DNA of 64,000 nucleotides from the human T2T-CHM13v2.0 reference genome, Homo sapiens: the NCBI RefSeq assembly GCF_009914755.1, contig NC_060938.1; one strand, 5' to 3'. Below are positions 1 to 22,033 of the stretch, one piece after another. The first letter of the stretch is position 1. The number at the start of each line of letters is the position of its first letter. The notes beneath the pieces are model-generated. The model saw only the letters and a program-made list of their open reading frames with translations. It made no database searches and had not been told where the DNA came from. Made by a program: the position numbers and the translations under genes.

Positions 1-196
1 TTCTATTCTCTGTGTACATGAGATTAAGTTTTTTAACTCCCCCATATGAGTGAGAACATGTGGTATTTATCATTCTGTGCCTGCCTTATTTCACTTAATT
101 TAATGAATTCCAGTTCCATCCATGTTGCTGCAAATGATGTGATTTCATTTTTTATGACTGAATAGTATTCCTTTGTGTATATATACCACATTTTCT

Positions 197-6323
<6,127 letters not shown>

Positions 6324-6653
6324 TATACCACATTTTCTTAATTCTTGTGTCCATTGATAGATGCTTAGGTTGATGACGTGTCTTTGCTATTGTCAGTAGT
6401 GCTGTGATAAACACACAAGTGCAGGCCTTCCTTTTATATGCTTATTTCTTTTCCTTTTTATAAAGACCCAGTTAATGGCATTGCAGGATCATACAGTAGT
6501 TCTAATTTTAGTTTTCTGAGAAATCTCCATACTCTTTGCCATAGTGGTTATACTAATTTACATTCCTACCAACAGTGTATAAAAGTTCCTGTTTCTCCGG
6601 ATCCTCTGCAGCATGTTTTTTTTTTTTTTTTTTGTCTTATTAATAGCCATTCT

Positions 6654-7050
<397 letters not shown>

Positions 7051-8059
7051 TCATGTCCTTTGCCCATGTTTTAATGTTTTTTTTTTTGTTTGTTTGTTTT
7101 TGTTGTTGTTGTTGTCTTTTGTTCTTTTAACCATTGAGTGCCTTGTGTATTCTTGTGTATTCTTTATATTAGTCCTTTGTTGAATGAATAGTTTGCATAT
7201 ATTTTCTCCCATTCAACCACTTGTCTCTTAATTGTTGATTGTTTCCTTCTGCCTTTGTGCTGTGCATAAGCCTGTTAGTTTATTATAGTCCCATCTGTCC
7301 ATTTTTGTTTTTGTTACCTGTGCTTTTGAAGTCTTAACCAGAAAATCTTTGCTTAGACCAATGCCCTATAGTGTTCCCCTTATATTTTCTTCTAGTAGTT
7401 TTATAGTTTTGGGCCTTATGTTTAGGTGTTTAATCCATCTTGAGTTTAATCCATATGGTGAGAGATAAGGGTCTGGTTTCATTCTTCCGCATATGGATAT
7501 CCAGTTTTCCCAACTCGATTTATTGAGAGTGTTCTTTCCTCCAATGTATGTTCTTGGAAACCTTGAAAATCAGTTGGCTGTAAATACATGGATTTATTTC
7601 TGGGTTCTCTACTCTGTTTTATTGGTCTGTGTGTCTATTTTTATACCAATACTATGCTGTTTTGGTTACTATAGCCTTGTAATATATTTTGAAGTCAGAT
7701 AATGTGATGCCCCCACCTTGATCTTGCTCAGGATTGCTTTGGCTAGTTCTGGCTCTTCTTTGGTTTCATATGAATTTTAGGATTGTTTTTCTATTTCTGT
7801 GAAAAATTATGTTGGTATTTTGATAGCAATTGCATTGAATTTATAGATTGCTTTAGGTAATATGGACTTTTTAACAATATTATTCCAATCCTGTGATGAT
7901 GGGATGGGATCTTTCTGTTTATAGCCTCTTTAACTTCTTTTATCAGTGTTTTGTAGTTTTCCTTGTGAAGGCCTTTCACCTCCTTGTTTATATTTATTCT
8001 TTGGTGTTTTACTGTTTTCTTTGTGGCTATTGCTCTGACTAGGACTTTTAGGTGTGTGG

Positions 8060-8362
<303 letters not shown>

Positions 8363-9870
8363 TTTTAGTACTATATTTGATAGGAGTCATAAAAGTGTCT
8401 TGTTCCAGTTCTTAGAGGAAAGGTTTACAATTTCATTTTGGTATGATGTTAGCTGTGGGTCTGTCAGAAATAGCCTTTATGATGTTGAAGAATGTTCCTT
8501 CTGTATTTAGTGTTTTGAATGTTTTTATAATGAAGGGATGTTTAATTTTATCTTCGTCTATTGAGATGATCTGTTTTTTGTCCTTCATTCTGTTCATATG
8601 ATGTATCACATTTATTGATTTGCATATGTTGAACCATCCTTTTATCTGTGGGATAAAACCCACTTGAATATAGTTTATTACTTTATGATATGCTTTTTGA
8701 TTCAGTTTGCTAGTATTAATATTCGTTGAGTTTTACATCCATATTCATCAGAGACATTGGCCTATAGTTTTGTTTTTTTGTTGTGTTTTTGTCTGGTTTT
8801 GGTATCAGAATAATGCTGACCTTATAGAATGAGTTAGGGAAAATTTCCTCCTCTTCATTTTTTTGGGAATAGTTTGAGGAGAATTGGTGTTAATTCTTTA
8901 TAAGTTTGCTAGAATTTGGCAGTAAAGCTGTCTCAGTCTGGGCTTTTCTCTGTTTGGAGACTTTTTATTACTGATTTAATTTTGGTACTTGTTATTGGTC
9001 TGTTCAGGTTTTTGCTTTCTTTCTCATTCAACCTTGGTAGATTGTATTTGTCTAGGAATTTATCCATTTCCTCTAGGTTTTTTCAGTTTGTTAGCATGTT
9101 GTTCATAATAGCCTCTGACGATCTTTTATATTTCTGTGCTATCAGTTGTAATTTCTCCTTTTTCATTTCTGATTTTCTTTATTTGGGTCTTCCTTTTTTT
9201 CTTGGTTAGTCTAGCTAGTAGTTTATCCATTTTGCTTATCTTTACAAATACCCAACTTTTTGCTTCACTAATCTTTGTATTGTTTTTCTAGTCTCTATTT
9301 TGTTTAGTTCTGCTCTGATCTTTATTATTTATTTCCTTCTAATTTTGGGTTTGGTTTGTTCTTGCTTTTCTGTTTCCTTGAGGTGCATTGTTAGATTGTG
9401 TGAAATTTTCCTACTACTTTTATATAGATGTCTGTTGCTATAAAATTCCCTCTCAGCACTGCTTTTGTTGTATTACATGGGGTTTGGTGTGTTGTGTTTG
9501 TGTTTTCACTTGTTTCAAGAAAACTTCTTTATTTCCTTCTTAATTTCTACTTTGTCCCAGTGGTCTGTCATTTAGGAACATGTCATTTAATTTCCATGTA
9601 TTTGTATAGTTTCCAGAGTTCCTTTTTAATTTCCATGTATTTGTATAGTTTCCAAAGTATTATTGATTTCTAGTTTTATTCCATTGTGTTCTGATAAGAT
9701 ATTTGGTATAGTTTCAAGTATTTTAAATTTGTGGCCTAACATATGGTGTAACCTGGAGAATATTCTATGCCAGTGAGAAGAATGTATATTCTACAGCTGT
9801 CAGATAAGATTTTCTGTAAATATCTGTTATGTCTATTTGGTCTAAAGTACAGTTTAAGTCTAATGTTTCT

Positions 9871-10163
9871 GGCCAGGTGCTGTGGCTCACACCTGTAATC
9901 TCAGCACTTTGGGAGGCCAAGGTGGGAGGTTTTCTTGAGACTAGGATTTCGAGACCAGCCTGGCCAACATGGCAAAATCCTGTCTCTACAAAAAATACAA
10001 AAATTAGCTGGGTGTGGTGGAATGTGCCTGTAGTCCCAGCTACTCGGAGGCTGAGGCATGAGAATCACTTGAGCCTGGGAGGTGGAGGTTGCAGTGAGCT
10101 GAGATTGCGCCTTTGTTCTCCAGCCTGGGTGACACAGCGAGACCCTGTCTCAAATAAAAAAAA
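9871..10163 (+). mobile_element. Alu
   Basis: Alu consensus with A-tail; TCT(A/G)ATGTTTCT flanking duplication. Confidence 0.9.
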
Positions 10164-10700
10164 TCTGATGTTTCTTTGTTAATTTTCTGTCTGGATGATC
10201 TGTCTGATGCTGGGAGAGCAATGTTTTGTTTAAGTCCGTAACTATTACTGCATTGGTGTCTGTGTCTCCCTTTGGATCTAATAATATTTGCTTCAGATAT
10301 TTCTTCTAGGTGCTTCATTGTTGGGTACATATGTATTTAGAATTGTTATAATCTCTTGCTGAATTGATTCCTTTATTGTTTTGTAATGTTCTTCTTTGCC
10401 TCTGTATACTGTGTTTGACTTAAAGTCTGTTTTATCTCATGTAAGTACTCTTGCTTGCTTTTGGTTTCTCTTCACATGGAGTATCTTTTTTCAACTTAAA
10501 AAGCTGAAGAGTAAAGCTTTCAGTCTATGTGTCTTTACAGGTGATGTGATTTTCTTGTAGGCAGTATATAGTTTGGTTCTGGTTTTTAATTCACTCAGCC
10601 AGTCTACACCTTTTAAGCGGAAAGTTTAATCTCTCTGTGTTCTAGGTCATTGTTCATATGTGGTGAACTTATTTTTGGCATTTAAAAAATTGTTTTCTGG

Positions 10701-10999
<299 letters not shown>

Positions 11000-11680
11000 T
11001 TGTTTTCTGGTTATTTTGTATGTCTCATGTTTCTTTCTAGTTTATTGTGGTTTGTTGGTTTTTTTTTTGTTTTGTTTTTTTTTGTAGTGGTAACATTTGA
11101 ATCCTTTTTGTTCCTTATTTGTATTTGCTTTACCAGTAAGTTTTATACTTTTGTATTTTCATGGTGATAGGTTTTGTCCTTTCCCTTCCATTTATAGGAC
11201 TCCCTTAAGCATTTCTTGTAGGTCTGTTCTAGTGGTGATGAATTTTCTCAGTTTTTGCTTATCTAGAAAAGACTTTATTTTCCCTTTTGTTACGAAGGAA
11301 TACTTTGCTGGGTATAGTATTCTTGGCTGATAGTTTGTTTTTTTTTGTTTTGTTTTTGTTTTGTTTTGTTTTGTTTTTTTAGCACTGCAATATATTATCT
11401 CATTGTCTCCTGGGCTATAAAGTTTCTGCTGAGAAATCTGTGGTTATTTTGATGGGGATTCCCTTTTATGTAACTAGATTTTTTTTTCTTGTTGTTTTTG
11501 GAATCCTCTGTTTTTGACTTTAAACAGTTTGACTATAATGTGCTGTGGAGAATACCTTTTTGAATTTTACGCATTTGGGATCTCTGAATTTCCTGTATTT
11601 GGATGTTTAAGTCTCTTGTTATATGTGAGAACTTTTCAGCTATTATTTTATTAAATAGGTTTTCTTTTTCTTTTTTTTAA

Positions 11681-12080
<400 letters not shown>

Positions 12081-12274
12081 TAGGCTTTGTTCATTCTTAT
12101 TATTTTTTCTTTTTTTTGCATGTGTGTGTTACTGAGTTATTTCAAAAGGCCTGTGTTTAGGTTCTGAAATTCTTTCCTCTGGTTGATCTAGTCTGTTGTT
12201 GAAGCTTTCAGATGTGTTTGTAATTTCATGTATTGAATTCTTTCATTCTAGGAGACCTGGGTTTTTAAAAATAC

Positions 12275-12275
<1 letters not shown>

Positions 12276-12316
<41 letters not shown>
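12276..12316. repeat. (TATC)n tetranucleotide microsatellite, ~10 units
   Basis: Visible tandem CTAT array. Confidence 0.95.
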
Positions 12317-12317
<1 letters not shown>

Positions 12318-14732
12318 GTAATTTCTCATTTATATCCTGAATTGCTTTTCTGATTTCTTTGTATTGTTCATCTGTGTTCTCTTGCATCTCACTGAGCTTT
12401 AATAACATTATTTTGAATTATTTCTCCAGCATCTTATAAATTTCATTTTTATTGGAATATAATGCTGGAGAATTATTTTGTTTCTCTGGCTGTGTCACAT
12501 TTTCTTTCTTTTTTATGTTTTTTGTCTCCTTTACATTGATATTTGTATGTCTGGTGTAACAATCACTTCTTCTGATTTTTTGTATTGGCTTTTGTAGGGC
12601 CAGACTTTTTCCTAAAAGTGTGCCTGTGTTGTTGGTTGGGTAGGGCACTTTAGCTTTGATTCTGGGTGCATGCAGTAGTGTAGTCTCTATGCAGTTTCTT
12701 AGACTTTAAGCAGCTTCAGTGGTGTTTGTGATTTCATCAGTCGCTTAGGCTGTAGTTGTTAGTGGAGACTGTGGTGAGGTTTTGCTGGATATAGGGATGC
12801 CAGGTGGGCCAGGCCGTCCTCAGGGCCCAGTAGTGGGAATAGTGAGCTGAGTGTGCCTGTCCTTGGGTCTCTGGGTGTCCATACACGGGTACAGGTATTA
12901 ACAGGTCCGAGTAGCCTATTCTTGGGCTTCTGGGTAACTTTGTTGGGTGCTGGTAGTTGCATTGGTGGGCCAGGCGGGTGGGTTGTTGTGCCCCTGGGCA
13001 GTGTGTGTATCATGAGCAATGTCTGTAGTGGTGGTAAGACAACTTTTGAGTTTCCAGGTGGCACACACTTGTTTTGGAAATGGCTGTGTTGGGCTGGGTG
13101 GGCCAGTTCCCAGGCCCTCAGGGCACGTGCCAGCGAGTACCAGCTGTGATGTTAGTGGCAGGCTAAGTGAGCCCATCTTCAGGCCCCTAGGAGGAGTGCA
13201 CAGATGCCAGCAGTGGTGGATGGGTTGGGCTGATCCCCACGCCCTTGGATGGTGTGTTTGGAAATAGCCTGTCCTCAGTCTGTCCTGTGGTATGCATGGG
13301 TGCAGTTTGTGGTGGACAGATCGGGGTGACCCTTAGGTTTCCTGGCAGAGCACTTGGATGGTGGCAGCTGCATTGTGGTGAGTGGAGAGAGCCCATCCTC
13401 AGGGCACACACTAGTGCACTGTTGTCCTTTTGCTGGTGGGGATGGGGTTGCTGTCAGTGCTCACAGCTGCAGGTAGGCAACTCGTAGGCTCTAGGGAGGA
13501 CAAACTTCAACCTCTGGCATTGGTGGCAACAGCAGAAATAGTTCTCAGAGTGTGTGCAAGTGCATGGCCGCTGTGCTGCTGAGGGGCAGAGAGTTGCTGC
13601 CAGTGGCGCACGCTTGGGTCCCTGGTGGCAGCAGCAGTGTGGCACACTGGAAAGCCACGCAGTTGTGCTGTGGCCCTGCTGCTGATGGAGGCAGGGTTTT
13701 TATCAATGGCAGTAGCTTTAGGCAGGCAGGTTTCAGGCTCTGGGGAACTTGCAGCACTTTGGCTCCCTTTGTCCTGGGGGCAGCCTCCCTTGTGTGCTAC
13801 AGTGCCCTATCCTTGGGGTGCAGGATACTGTGTGTGCTAGAGTGTTGGCGACCCTGTCATTCCACTGAGTCCAACTGATACTATGCCACTGCAGTCATTC
13901 TGGTGAATGCAGGGGAATATCAGTGCAGCTTCAGGGATGTGGAGATGCAGGGGCTGTTGAGCCCTAGAGCAGAAGGCCTAGTCTGGTGGGGCTGGATTTT
14001 GAAATGGTGCTGTGCTGCACAGCTTGGATTTCAGGGACTGTGTGTGGTACTCGGCATGAGCTCCCTCTCTAGAGCAATGCTAACGTGCTATGTCTAGGCA
14101 GCTCCTTATGCTAGCTAGTCTGAGGGTTCTGTCCTGTGGCTAATGTTGTAGGAGTTTGCAGTGGGAATGTGGTTACCTGGGGATCCCTCACCCTTTTCCT
14201 ACACTGGAGAGCCTCTTTGGGCACCCAGCTGAGCTGGCTGCCAGACTTCCTTCTCCTTCCATGCCTCAGGTATTTCCTGTCACTTCTCTATTCCATTCCA
14301 GTGTTCTCTCTTAGGTGATCTATTCAAAGTGTGATTATCTACATGCTATTTTGGTTCTTTGTGGAGGAGGCAAATGTCAGATGCCTCTCGTCTGCTGTCT
14401 TGAAGCCCCTTCTCTTCTCTATTTGTATTATTTTTTATTGTCGTCGGTTTTTTTTCCCAAATATTGTGATCTGTGGTTGATTGATTCTGTGGATTCAGAA
14501 CTCAAAGTTACAGAGGAACTACTGCATATTGCTTTCTAAGTATCAATTAATATCAATATATTATCTTTTAATGTTGTTGGTGAGAAGTCTGAAGGAAATT
14601 TCATTTTGTTCCCTTTGTTGGTAACCTGATTTTTTTCCTATGGAAACTTGCTTTTTTCCCCCCTTTATCTTTGGTGTTCTGACAATCACAATATAATGCA
14701 TTTACATGTGAGGCTCTTTTCAATTATTGTTT

Positions 14733-15170
14733 TGTTAAGGTTCTCTGAGAAAGATTCCAAGATTGAATTAGACAATGAAGAGATTTATTGAGGAAGAACA
14801 CCTGTGAAGGATTAAGGGGCGAGAGAGCAAAATTAGATTGGAGAGGACCTTCAGACAGTGATTCAGGTCTGTCATCAGTGAATGGAGAGAGAGAAGGAAG
14901 AAAAATTGGGTGTAAACAGTCTTAGTGCATCTCTGAGAAAGTCTCAGGCAGGGCAGTGGCAATTCCCAGGGTAAAAATTGCCTGTTAGAATAGTCCCTCA
15001 TTAGGTAGGAATGGCTCTATTCTGGTTCCCCTGCTGTGTTCTGTCCTTGGCTTGGAGAATCTCCCAGGAGGAACCTGGTTTTTGTGTGCGTGCTGAAGGC
15101 TAAAGAGCTGTACTCCTCATAGCAGGATTTTTGCAGAGGAGAGACATGATTTGGTGTACCGTGGCTGCCA
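14733..15170. mobile_element. Ancient LTR remnant (ERVL/MaLR-type)
   Basis: Resembles old LTR consensus (GAGATTTATTGAGG...CCTGTGAAGGA); family not resolved. Confidence 0.45.
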
Positions 15171-16449
15171 CCTTGTGTTAAGGCACTTACTCTGAAGACT
15201 CATTTTCTGAAATTCTGGGAATTTTTTTTTTTAATCTTTGGAAAATTCCTTTTCTACTTTTCTTATATTTTTAGTCTCTACTTTTTTTCTTTTTCTTTTC
15301 TTTTTTTTGTTTTTTTTTTTGGTAATTTTTGACCCATAGGTAATTTAGTCTTTCAACTTTTGTTCTGAAAATTTTTTTCAATTATATATTCCAGTCATTC
15401 TCTTGAAATTTTTTTCAGTAAACGTACGTTTAATCTTCAAGAACATTTTTATTATACTTGTTTCTTTAGTTCAAACTTTGTTTCACAGATGTTGTCCTTT
15501 TTGTAAAGATTTATTATCTTCTTCAATCTCTCTATATTAGAGCTTTCTAAAAGTTGTCTTCTAAATTATCTGTTTCCTCTGGAGTTAATAATTAAATTCC
15601 ATTTGCTTCTCTTGGGTCTTCTGTCCTCACCATGCTTGCTAAGTCTGAAGTTATCCATGTTTCAGAAAGATGAACTAGTTAACTAGTACTGGCTCATATT
15701 TTTTTAAATGTAAGATGGACTGTTTTCCTGTTACATGGCTTTCTCAAGTGAGAATTCAGACTGGGAGATCTTTTTTCTTGTGGGTAGGGCTTGGGGAGGG
15801 GAATCTGTGACTGACAGGGTTTGCCTTGGGTTGAGCAGATAGGGATCTGGTTGGCAGGGTGAAGGCTGTTCAGATGCCGGAAAGAGATCTAGTCACACTA
15901 GAAGCCCTTGCTTGTTCCAGTTTAATTTCTTTAGGGAAGATCTGTCCGGTGTTTTAGCTAGAGGCAAATCCAGGCTCACTGCCTTGTGCTTGGGATTATA
16001 GGACTAGAATGGTAGTACCTACAATTAGGTATTCTATATACAGATCTTTAATCTCCCTCTTTTCACACTCATCCTTAATTCTGTGTATAGTATAGGGTAC
16101 ACATCTTCAGGTTCCATCAGGTAGACTGGCTTCCAGCCCCTGGTAACAGATTCTAGGCTGTGGCTTTCTCTAGTTATTTTATCTTCAACCTAATCCTCTC
16201 TGCTCCTCCTCTCCTCCAAAAAAATGGAAAACCTCTTATTTGTTGGTGGCCTCCTTTATTCTTTTTACTGTTATGGGATTTCAGTCAGCTCTTTGTGTTT
16301 TTTTCAGTGGGGTCTCAGGAGGTGGGCAGATGATAAATGCATGTGCTTTGTCTGCCATCTCAAAGCTTCAGTTTTCTATTGTTAATTGTTACCACCTTCT
16401 GAAGTGATAGCGACATGAATAGGTAAAAGTTCAACTGAGCATTATTTTG

Positions 16450-17361
16450 TTTTGTTTTGTTTTTCTCCCCCCTATGTTGGCAGTTGTTTTAAAAAACAAC
16501 ACCCCGTTTATTAGTTTCTTCTTTGTTCATCATTTTGCTTAATAGAAGTTACACAAAATTGGGGGCGATATATTGTCTTTGCAGACTGTCATTTGCAGAG
16601 GAGTCATGAATAATGATTCCAAAGCCCCTAGTTTAGCTCCTGAATCAGACAAAGAATAAATGACAACATAAGAATGAATTTTGTTTACAGCAATATTATA
16701 ATACAACATTGAATTACTGCAGTGAAGTGGTTGCAGTTTTCACAATAAAATATTACTAGCTCAAACACTAGACAAACTAAAATCACCCGACTGCTTACAA
16801 ACCGAAGTGATCAGTGCAAGCAGTTGTTGCCTCAATAGCGAAAAGCAAAATCGGTAAGGCTTTTCTGGCAGTCTCTGACATGAATGCTCCATCTCTGCTC
16901 AGTGAGGACCTGGGCAGCCACACTTTGAATCTTGGTCTTCCTTTTTATCTAAAAGGGTGAAGTAGATCCCCAGCTTTCTCAGTTCTCCCACCAGGTCCTC
17001 ATTCTGGCACATCTGCAGAAGAATGTTACAGCCCCTGACAAACTCTCCATTGAGGTATGCTTGTGGGATGGTGGGCCGGTTGGAATAGTCTTAATGCCCT
17101 GTCGGAGCTTGAGGTCACCCATCACTTTGTAGGCCAGATTGTCATGGAGACTGCGCAGTTGTAGGATATGCACCACCGTGTTGCTGAAGCCGCATTGGGG
17201 CTGCTCCGGCATCCTCTTGAGGAAGTCCAGCACCTTGTCCTTCACCAGCGCCTCTCTGCTGCCCGAGTCTGTCGCACGTGCTGCATGCCCAGCACAGCAG
17301 AGCCACCACTTCGCTGCTCATCCCCACACATTTGCTGGAGCCCACAATGGCCCAGGCCCTC
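16450..17361 (-). pseudogene. Processed pseudogene of GLRX5 (monothiol glutaredoxin 5)
   Basis: Minus strand reads [27 protein letters not shown]...LRQGIK, then after a 1-nt frameshift [42 protein letters not shown]...DQDSK. Intronless, with AATAAA at 16507-16512, a degenerate A-tail at ~16450-16464 and TSD GAGCATTATTTTG at 16437-16449 and 17362-17374. Confidence 0.92.
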
Positions 17362-18295
17362 GAGCATTATTTTGAACTGAAATACAGTAGACTTGAAAAT
17401 TTCAAGAAAGACTACTTCTGGATTCTATTTGGATAACTTTTCCCGTTGCTTTGATCTTACAGTCTTTTAAATAGAAAACTAACACGTGGTCCTTGAAGAA
17501 AAGTTGGAAAACGGTCAGATAGAAGAAAAATCAATAATCCAAGGCCATCACCAAAGCAGAATTGCATTTTGCATTTACATATTTCCTTCAAACTTTTATT
17601 CAAGTATCTTTTGAATTGTTGTAATTATGTGTGTCTGGAATTTTACTTTTTTTTCCTGAAACTTAATCCTCTAACGTAAATCATTTTTATGTTACGTAGT
17701 CATTTGTAAACTTCACTTTTAGTGTTTGTAAATGGTCCATTTTGTGAATATAGTTTACTTGACTATTCTTTTCTTGGTGAGCACTTACGCTGTTTTCATT
17801 TTTTAAAAGGATTTTTAAATATATATGATGATGTAATATTAAATATCTTTATTTATTCACTTTTGTTTTCTGGATTTAGGATAAGTTTAGGAATGTATTC
17901 CCAGAATTGGGGCCAGAATTTGGGGAAGGGGAGAGAGGGTAGTTAAGAAAAAGGGAGAAGATCATATTCTTTGGAACCAGGTTGGTTGCAAAAAAAGACA
18001 AGACTTTTTTAGGGCCAATTTGTAGACTTGGTTAGATGCTACACAATTATTTTGTGAATATAGTGAGTGATTTTTAGTCTGTTTTTGCAGATGTGGTTCA
18101 GGGTTCATCGTGTGTCTATTTAGACGAGAATCCAGTGTTATAATCATGACAAACTAAACCTCCTGCTTTTTCAAATTAGCAGCTACTTTTACAGATTTTG
18201 ATATGAGTGCTACAAAAGAGATGATGGGTTTTTTGTGTAATAGGAGAATGCTCTGATAATTTTGTATAAAGAGCAGTTAAGCATGTTATACATTG

Positions 18296-18860
18296 TGTTA
18301 GGTTTCTTGCTTGCAAGACGGAAATACGACTCAAACTGGTTTGAGAAAAATAACTGAATATTGTTTTTTGTGACTAAGAGTTTCAAGGTTTCACAGTTAC
18401 ATCTAATGACTTAAATTATATTATGAAAACATGGTCTTTCTGTCTTAGTCTCCTGGGCTTTACTTTTCCTCTGTTAATTTCATTCTCAGGCACATTATCT
18501 TTCTGTGTAGGGGCAACATCTCTAAGCTTACATGGTATTTAGTATTTACTACTTCAGAAGGGGGAGAGAGTCCTTTTTTCTTTTTTTTTTAAATTGGAAA
18601 ATTTTAGCAAAAGTCTTAAGGATGGCTCTAACTCTTCTGTCTTGGGGTGAATTTCCATCTCTGAACAAATCCCCTTGGCTGGGGTATGGGATCGGGAGCT
18701 TCCCCCTGTGGCTGGACAGGGTAATCCTCATCTGAATGATGTGGAATAAATTTCTTATAAGTAGAGGGATTCTGTTATAAGAATGGAGTACTGTGTAGGC
18801 AGAAACAGTAGGGTCTATTTCACATAGGAATAAGCTTATTCCTCTTTTCCTAGAAAGCCA
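18296..18860. mobile_element. Old MaLR LTR remnant (MLT1-like)
   Basis: MLT1-like terminal motif (GCTTGCAAG...ACTCAAACTGG); boundaries approximate. Confidence 0.45.
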
Positions 18861-19519
18861 AGTGTGTGTTTTAAAGGTTCCCACTTGCTGAGTAGTATTG
18901 ACTCAGTTTTGTGTGAAAACGTAAAAAAAAAAGTTGATGCAGGATAAATATGAAGTCTCATTTTTCAATTTCAATTATTTTAGAAGTTGTTCTTACATCA
19001 AAGATCTATGAGTTATAAGTGAGTAGAGCATAAGGTGAGTCAACAGTATAATGTGGAAGCTAGAACAATTAAGGATGTATATAATAGAAGTTCAGTTTCC
19101 AAATCGGACCAGGCAGCAGTTTTTGGAAAACTTTGTTCTGTTCTGGGTACCATATGTTAAATGTGCCTGCAGATTGCATGAACTTCGTAAATTTTAAATA
19201 ACTTGAGGGTATGTTTAGTTGAGAAGAGGAATCTAAGAGTATAGGAAAGGAAAATATCCTTGGTGCCAGAATTTTAAAAAGGATATTAAAACCTTTTTAA
19301 TGAAAAATGATAAAAGGATATTAAAACCAGATATAAGTTGTATGGACTAGTGTTTTAATGTATAAATGGATATAGAGATTCCTGCACAAATCTAGGACTT
19401 TTAAAGGAGTGCTAAAAACTGAATGTAACATATCTGGAGTACTTGGCAGAAACTGAACTGTAGTAATACTTAAGACTAGTTGTGACTCACAGCTTGTCCA
19501 TAGACAAGCAATTCCTACT

Positions 19520-19780
19520 GAAATTGAGGATGCAATAAAAAGTGTGTGTATTGTATATTTCAAAATAGATAGAAGAGAGTAATTCAAATGTTCAAGGGGA
19601 TTGGGTTTAGAGATGGAAATTTACCCCAAGACAGAAGAGTTAGAGCCGTCCCTAGCACAAAGACAAATATTTAAGGTGATGGATATCCCAGTTACATGGA
19701 TTTGGTCTTGAACTACATGAACATATTAAATTAGCACATGTACCCTAAATACGTACATTTATTGTGTTTCAATGAAGAAG
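19520..19780 (+). mobile_element. L1MA-type 3' end fragment, interrupted by a ~59-bp insert
   Basis: TATATTTCAAAATAG...GGTGATGGATATCCC...CATGTACCC is L1M 3'UTR-like. Confidence 0.65.
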
Positions 19781-20159
19781 TGAAAAAGGATTTAATTATG
19801 GTTTTAGGATATCACTAAGAAAATATTCCAGCATGTCATGTCTTTTTAAGTGTATTTATCTGTAATTGCTTTATCAATGTAAATACATACTGGCTTTCTA
19901 TGTTAAAAAGCAAAAAATTCTTGGCCAAAAAAAAAAAAAAAAAGCATGCCACTGAGGGAAAACCAGAAGACATAATAGTCTGGAAAATTAGCAACCTACC
20001 TAATTGAATTAAAAGAAAAACTTGAATGAGATTTTAAAGTATATTTTAAAAATAATTTGAAAGATAAAAGAATAAAAGCCACAAAGAGCAGAGCATTATG
20101 AAACAGGCTGAGGTATCGTTGATAAGAATCCATTAGGATGTGTAGAAATGAGAAAATAG

Positions 20160-20622
<463 letters not shown>

Positions 20623-22033
20623 CTCAAGGTGTGAGACTGGACCCAGCTAAAAAGAGAATATGTGAAATTACCAGAGTATGTTAACAGATAAATAAATGGA
20701 AATTATGGGGGAGGTTAAGGGACAGAAGACAGAATGAAAAGTCCAATATGAGCCTTGTAGGAGTTCCAGAGTGAAGACTGGAAGAGCAGCAACATTCAAA
20801 GAAATGGTAGCTGAGAATTTCTCAGAGTTGATGAAAAATGTAATTCCTCAGATTGCAGAAGCACTTTGAGTCCAAAGCAGATAAATAAAAGTAGATCTAT
20901 ACCTAAGGTCATGCCATTGGAAATCTACAGAATACTAAGGAAATTTGAAAGCAACCAGCAGGACAAATTACCTATAAACAGCAAACTAATAGCCTTCTCA
21001 TCAGTAATTATACAGGTCCAAAATTATGTATATACAGATGCTAACACATGGTAAATGTTCAATGAGTGATAAAATATTAACTTTGAGAACAGATATGATG
21101 ATGGCTATCTTTTTTTGGAAAAAGGAAATGTGATCTTTCAAAAGGCAAAACATCAGAGAATCTTGGGGTTGGAGAAGACTGAAAAATGACTCAGTTCATT
21201 TCTATAGATATAAATATTTTGCTTAACCAGGGCCAGTGTGTGTTCATCCCAAGAGATCTTGTCTAATATTCAAACAGGCAGTTAAGGAGGCTGTCCTCTT
21301 CCTATCAAGGTATGTGTTCACATGGAAATTAGGCAGCTATTTAACAGGTCTGAGGGATGTTTCTGTATTGAGACTGACCCAGTAGCCTCTGCGATTACTT
21401 GCAATAACATCTCTGGATGTTAGTAATATGAGAAACTCATTTTGCGTGTAATACTTCATATTTTTCAAAACAATCCTGTGAAGGAGTTAAGGCAGGTATT
21501 TGAATTCTCATTTTAGGTAAAACCTTAGGAAGCAACTCTTTTAAATTGGGTTTTATAACTAAAACTGGCTCATGATGATGTGCTTTAAAACTTTCAGAGT
21601 GTGCTTCATTTCTCACTTCTGAATCATGGAGGTTTGGACATGGCAAAGAAAACCAGGGATTAGACTTGGATTGGTATGAGGTAAAGGAAATGTGTAATCA
21701 GGAAATAAATATTCTTCCTGCTGCTTGTTAGTAAGGGAGAAGCATGTGCTCCCAATTAAAACTTAAGAGCCTTCTGTTTTCTAGATTGTTTTTCATTTAT
21801 GGACAAAGCTATTCCTTCAATTCTAAGGAATTGGCTAGGCAGATGAATAATTGGCTCTGTTGATTAAAGTTGCATTTCTAGTATTTTTAATGGTATTACT
21901 GAGAATGTTATCATTAGTTCATACTTTATTCATTATTTACCTTGGATAGAGTTTTTGCCATGTTAAATTCAGCCTGAAATGGTAAAGCTTTTAGAAACGT
22001 TGTAAAATGAGAGCATTAAAAGTTGTGGATCCA

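Noticed and set aside
9586-9657. ~39-bp tandem duplication (similar ~22-bp duplication at 37168-37211)
   Set aside because: Ordinary slippage duplications with no spacer structure and no functional cue.
12759-14539. Cluster of overlapping 60-108-aa ORFs
   Set aside because: They lie in the GC-richer, stop-poor 5'UTR of an old L1, with no splice or homology support.
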